Sequence record: NC_048170.1
Direction: 5' to 3' (one strand)
Length of the DNA stretch: 64,000 nt
The position numbers and the translations under genes were made by a program. Positions 58,100 to 64,000 of the stretch are shown one piece after another (within the stretch, counting starts at the first letter, position 1; each line of letters starts with the position of its first letter). The notes under the pieces were generated by a model. That model worked only from the letters and a program-made list of their open reading frames with translations, ran no database searches and was not told the origin of the DNA.

Positions 58100-58577
58100 C
58101 TTGTATCCCTCTTTTCTTTCTATGATGCCACCAACGCTGATAAACAGCCTGCTTCGTACGTGTTATACCGAAATGCGCATTAACCCGTTCAGCAATGTGG
58201 TGCCAATCCTGTGTTTCTTCTAACAATGTATCAACGAAGGCTATGAAGATCTTAGTATCATCCTCGCTTAACCGCTTGAAACCATGACGGTGTGCTATCG
58301 TTCTAATACTGTTTGGATCCCTGTTTAAATCGCGTGCGAGTTGTTTGTAACTTTTGTGTTTGCAGTGCACTCTGATATATTCCAACTCATCGACACTGAA
58401 ACGTTTATGCGGTTTACGACGTTCAACATTTAAGTATATCAACCTCGATTTAATTGCACCGTACGTTGTTTCCATGATTTCTGCGATTTCACGGATTTTT
58501 AATTTCGGGTGACGATAGTACAATTCCAGCAACTGTTCATCATCCTTACGATTCCATCGTCGTACTGGAGGTTTCAC
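58074..58577 (-). CDS. Three-repeat Myb/SANT-like HTH protein 3
   Basis: WNRKDDEQL, FSVDELEYI, WHHIAERV. Confidence 0.7.
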   Translation of the reverse strand: MKPPVRRWNRKDDEQLLELYYRHPKLKIREIAEIMETTYGAIKSRLIYLNVERRKPHKRFSVDELEYIRVHCKHKSYKQLARDLNRDPNSIRTIAHRHGFKRLSEDDTKIFIAFVDTLLEETQDWHHIAERVNAHFGITRTKQAVYQRWWHHRKKRGIQDGTTSAVA

Positions 58578-58590
58578 AACGAGATTTCTC

Positions 58591-59058
58591 CTATTCTACG
58601 CGTTTTAATGCTTGAGTGTAGTAGAGGGCATGAACACCGCTTAACGTGTAATGGGTGTTAAATTCGTTATTGATGATATTCTGTATTCTCTTCCAGGTGT
58701 TATTCTCTTTTCTAAGGGTGTGTATTCGATGATAGATCATCTCTCGACGTTGCGCTTTGCATGCAACAATACCGTAACGGTAGCAGAGTTTAGCGATTGC
58801 GTCCACGCTACGGTTGAACATCGCTGCAGCTTCTTTCACGCTATGTGTCTTAAGATAATCGGCTAACATCACACGTTCTTCGAAACAACAATAGCGGTGA
58901 CGCGACATGAGTTTCCAGCGCTTGCGATTGCGGTTAATTCGACCTTGAACAGAGCCTTCGGTTCGGTCAAGCCGTGCCGCAATCTCTTGCATCGGGATAC
59001 CGTTTCGGTACAGGGTAATCAATATCGCGTCTTCTTCGGGTGTCCAGTCCTTGACCAT
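58591..59058 (-). CDS. Three-repeat Myb/SANT-like HTH protein 2
   Basis: WTPEEDAIL...EIAARLDRTEGSVQGR, then two further repeats. Confidence 0.75.
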   Translation of the reverse strand: MVKDWTPEEDAILITLYRNGIPMQEIAARLDRTEGSVQGRINRNRKRWKLMSRHRYCCFEERVMLADYLKTHSVKEAAAMFNRSVDAIAKLCYRYGIVACKAQRREMIYHRIHTLRKENNTWKRIQNIINNEFNTHYTLSGVHALYYTQALKRVE

Positions 59059-59070
59059 AGCGCCACCCCA

Positions 59071-59391
59071 TCAACGTCTTACTTTAAGCGTTATCTTGTT
59101 TCGAAAACAATAACACCGGATGGCGTGTACGCTACGATTCATTATTTCAGCAATCTCTTTTAGCGTATGTTTCTTTGCAAGCGTGGCAACCCTAACCCTT
59201 TCTTCTGGCGTGTATACTCCCCCGCGAGGTGGTAGATCACCCCATCGTTTCCTCAACTTGAGGTAACGTGCGCGAATAGAGCACGGTGTTCGATTCATGC
59301 TTCGCGCTACTTCTTTATAGCTCGCTTTTGGTGATGTACTAAGAATAAGCAGCAACGTTTCATCTTCTTTATCTGTCCAACGTTTACCCAT
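59071..59391 (-). CDS. Two-repeat Myb/SANT-like HTH protein 1
   Basis: WTDKEDETL...EVARSMNRTPCSIRARY; YTPEERVRV...EIAEIMNRS. Confidence 0.75.
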   Translation of the reverse strand: MGKRWTDKEDETLLLILSTSPKASYKEVARSMNRTPCSIRARYLKLRKRWGDLPPRGGVYTPEERVRVATLAKKHTLKEIAEIMNRSVHAIRCYCFRNKITLKVRR

Positions 59392-59395
59392 TTTC

Positions 59396-62473
<3,078 letters not shown>

Positions 62474-62553
62474 AAAATTGTCAAAATGTACATCAGCATA
62501 ACGCCCGTGCCCGCCCGCGATGGGAGGGACACAGGCAATACGCTTTTATTTCG

Positions 62554-63186
62554 TCAAGACTTCACAACACATTCGACTTCGTCGTTCATATAAGCTTCGT
62601 ATAACGACAGCACTTCCTTCATTTTAATTTCAGGTAGCGCAACGGAACGAATCGCTTTCAGGATATTCCGTGTTTGATGGTGTTTAACCTTCGCTTCACG
62701 TAGTTTACAGAATTGACGGATGCAGGTATTAACCTTACCCCCTTCCGCACGTTCGAGGGCGACATGCAGTTTCAGGTCCAGTAATACTTCCGTGAGTTCC
62801 TGGGTGGCAGGATCGTTACGAATAAGCCGCACTGTACGTTCATCCGGATTCAGCATCTCGAGATACTGAAGCTTGATATGTTCAGGTACGGGTTTCGTGT
62901 TCATCATGATGGCATCAAGCTGTTCCTTAACACCCAACTCATTGAACACGTAACGTTCGATGTTTACGACGTGTGCTTTTCCTGACTCGCCATAAACCGC
63001 CATCGCACGATAGTCATCAAACAACACAGCATACAACAAATCCTGTTCCGGTCCGATGGTACCATCGATGAGCTTCGGCGCATGCTTCTTCAGGAAGCCA
63101 TAGCGAATCGCCTCATCCGGCATGAGCGTCCACGCATTAACGGGTTGCTTTACGAGTTCCATGTAACACCTCATCAAGATTATCAC
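62554..63186 (-). CDS. Hypothetical protein
   Basis: About 200 aa; a family hairpin lies downstream at 62496-62542. Confidence 0.55.
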   Translation of the reverse strand: MIILMRCYMELVKQPVNAWTLMPDEAIRYGFLKKHAPKLIDGTIGPEQDLLYAVLFDDYRAMAVYGESGKAHVVNIERYVFNELGVKEQLDAIMMNTKPVPEHIKLQYLEMLNPDERTVRLIRNDPATQELTEVLLDLKLHVALERAEGGKVNTCIRQFCKLREAKVKHHQTRNILKAIRSVALPEIKMKEVLSLYEAYMNDEVECVVKS

Positions 63187-63457
63187 TTACACCTGGCGGT
63201 ACCACGATACCGGTACGAATCACAGCAGCAACTTCCTGCATGCCTTTACCTTTCAACGCGTAGGTTTCATATACCGTATTACGTCGCGTCGTTAATCCAA
63301 CAAATTTACATACAACCATGTTGTTTTCTGAAAGGTAGGCGGTGTCGAGTTCGCCGTGCAACAATTCTTTTTCTTTGGTATCAATGCCTAATAACGCAAT
63401 TTGATAAGCAGAAAGTTTCCAATAGCGCATGTTATCACCCAAACTGTTAAGAAGCAT
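63137..63457 (-). CDS. Hypothetical protein
   Basis: About 100 aa. Confidence 0.5.
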   Translation of the reverse strand: MLLNSLGDNMRYWKLSAYQIALLGIDTKEKELLHGELDTAYLSENNMVVCKFVGLTTRRNTVYETYALKGKGMQEVAAVIRTGIVVPPGVSDNLDEVLHGTRKATR

Positions 63458-63863
63458 CCTGTTTAATGTCGATGACTATTTCCGTTCGAACCGGATTAGT
63501 CAGCACAGCACGCATGCGTTCAAGCATCATTGGGTTATCCGTAACCACCACATCGGCGTAACACAATGGATGACTTTCGAACGCTTCAGTGTCGCTTACT
63601 AACAGAACACCCATCACATTTACGTATTGCGGTATGCGTCCACGGATGCGTTGCCACATGTCTTGAGTAAGGTCTTCGTTTTCTAATGCGACCACGACAA
63701 CAGGACTGATGTTTACCGGGAAACGCGGGTGCACCGTACGACGAAATGTTACCCAGTTTTCGACGTGGGATAATGCAAGTTCAAGAGAACAGCATTTTGG
63801 AGAAATCTGTATGTTTATTTGCTGAATCAATGAAAGGGGGTTTTGTACAGTCGCTTCAGCCAT
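63447..63863 (-). CDS. Hypothetical protein
   Basis: 138 aa. Confidence 0.55.
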   Translation of the reverse strand: MAEATVQNPLSLIQQINIQISPKCCSLELALSHVENWVTFRRTVHPRFPVNISPVVVVALENEDLTQDMWQRIRGRIPQYVNVMGVLLVSDTEAFESHPLCYADVVVTDNPMMLERMRAVLTNPVRTEIVIDIKQDAS

Positions 63864-64000
63864 TTACTTTTTCCTGAAAATCAATGTCGGTAAGCCGTTT
63901 CTTACAGCATAATACAACACTAAGAGGTTAATCTTGCCTGCGGATACCGTAAGCATTTTACGACGACGTGGTAAACTAACCGGTACGGTAGATGCCATCG
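63864..64000 (-). CDS. Small or partial CDS at the window edge
   Basis: Open frame ending in TAA immediately before the ATG at 63863. Confidence 0.4.
   Translation of the reverse strand, partial: MASTVPVSLPRRRKMLTVSAGKINLLVLYYAVRNGLPTLIFRKK

Overview
This window is from a phiKZ-like (Chimalliviridae-type, nucleus-forming) jumbo myophage, probably infecting an enterobacterium; the host is inferred from the tail-fibre module. 1-17.5 kb is a virion head/baseplate block with acidic propeptides and x-x-E protease sites. 17.7-21.2 kb is the N-terminal half of the split family-B DNA polymerase, interrupted in motif A by a group I intron carrying an HNH endonuclease; exon 2 is missing from the ORF track. 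21-25 kb holds small accessory genes. 26-31 kb has the virion RNA polymerase beta' C-terminal subunit, a probable tail-chaperone pair joined by a U8 -1 frameshift site, and a macrodomain. 31-46 kb is a tail-fibre/receptor-binding block, including a P2-type fibre plus assembly chaperone and a GH8-like protein. 46-64 kb is an accessory region with a SleB-like hydrolase, a methyltransferase, a GNAT, an apparently dead ligase paralog, six tandem Myb/SANT-like multi-HTH genes and NAD-dependent ligA. All family calls come from motif recognition by eye; no database searches were run.
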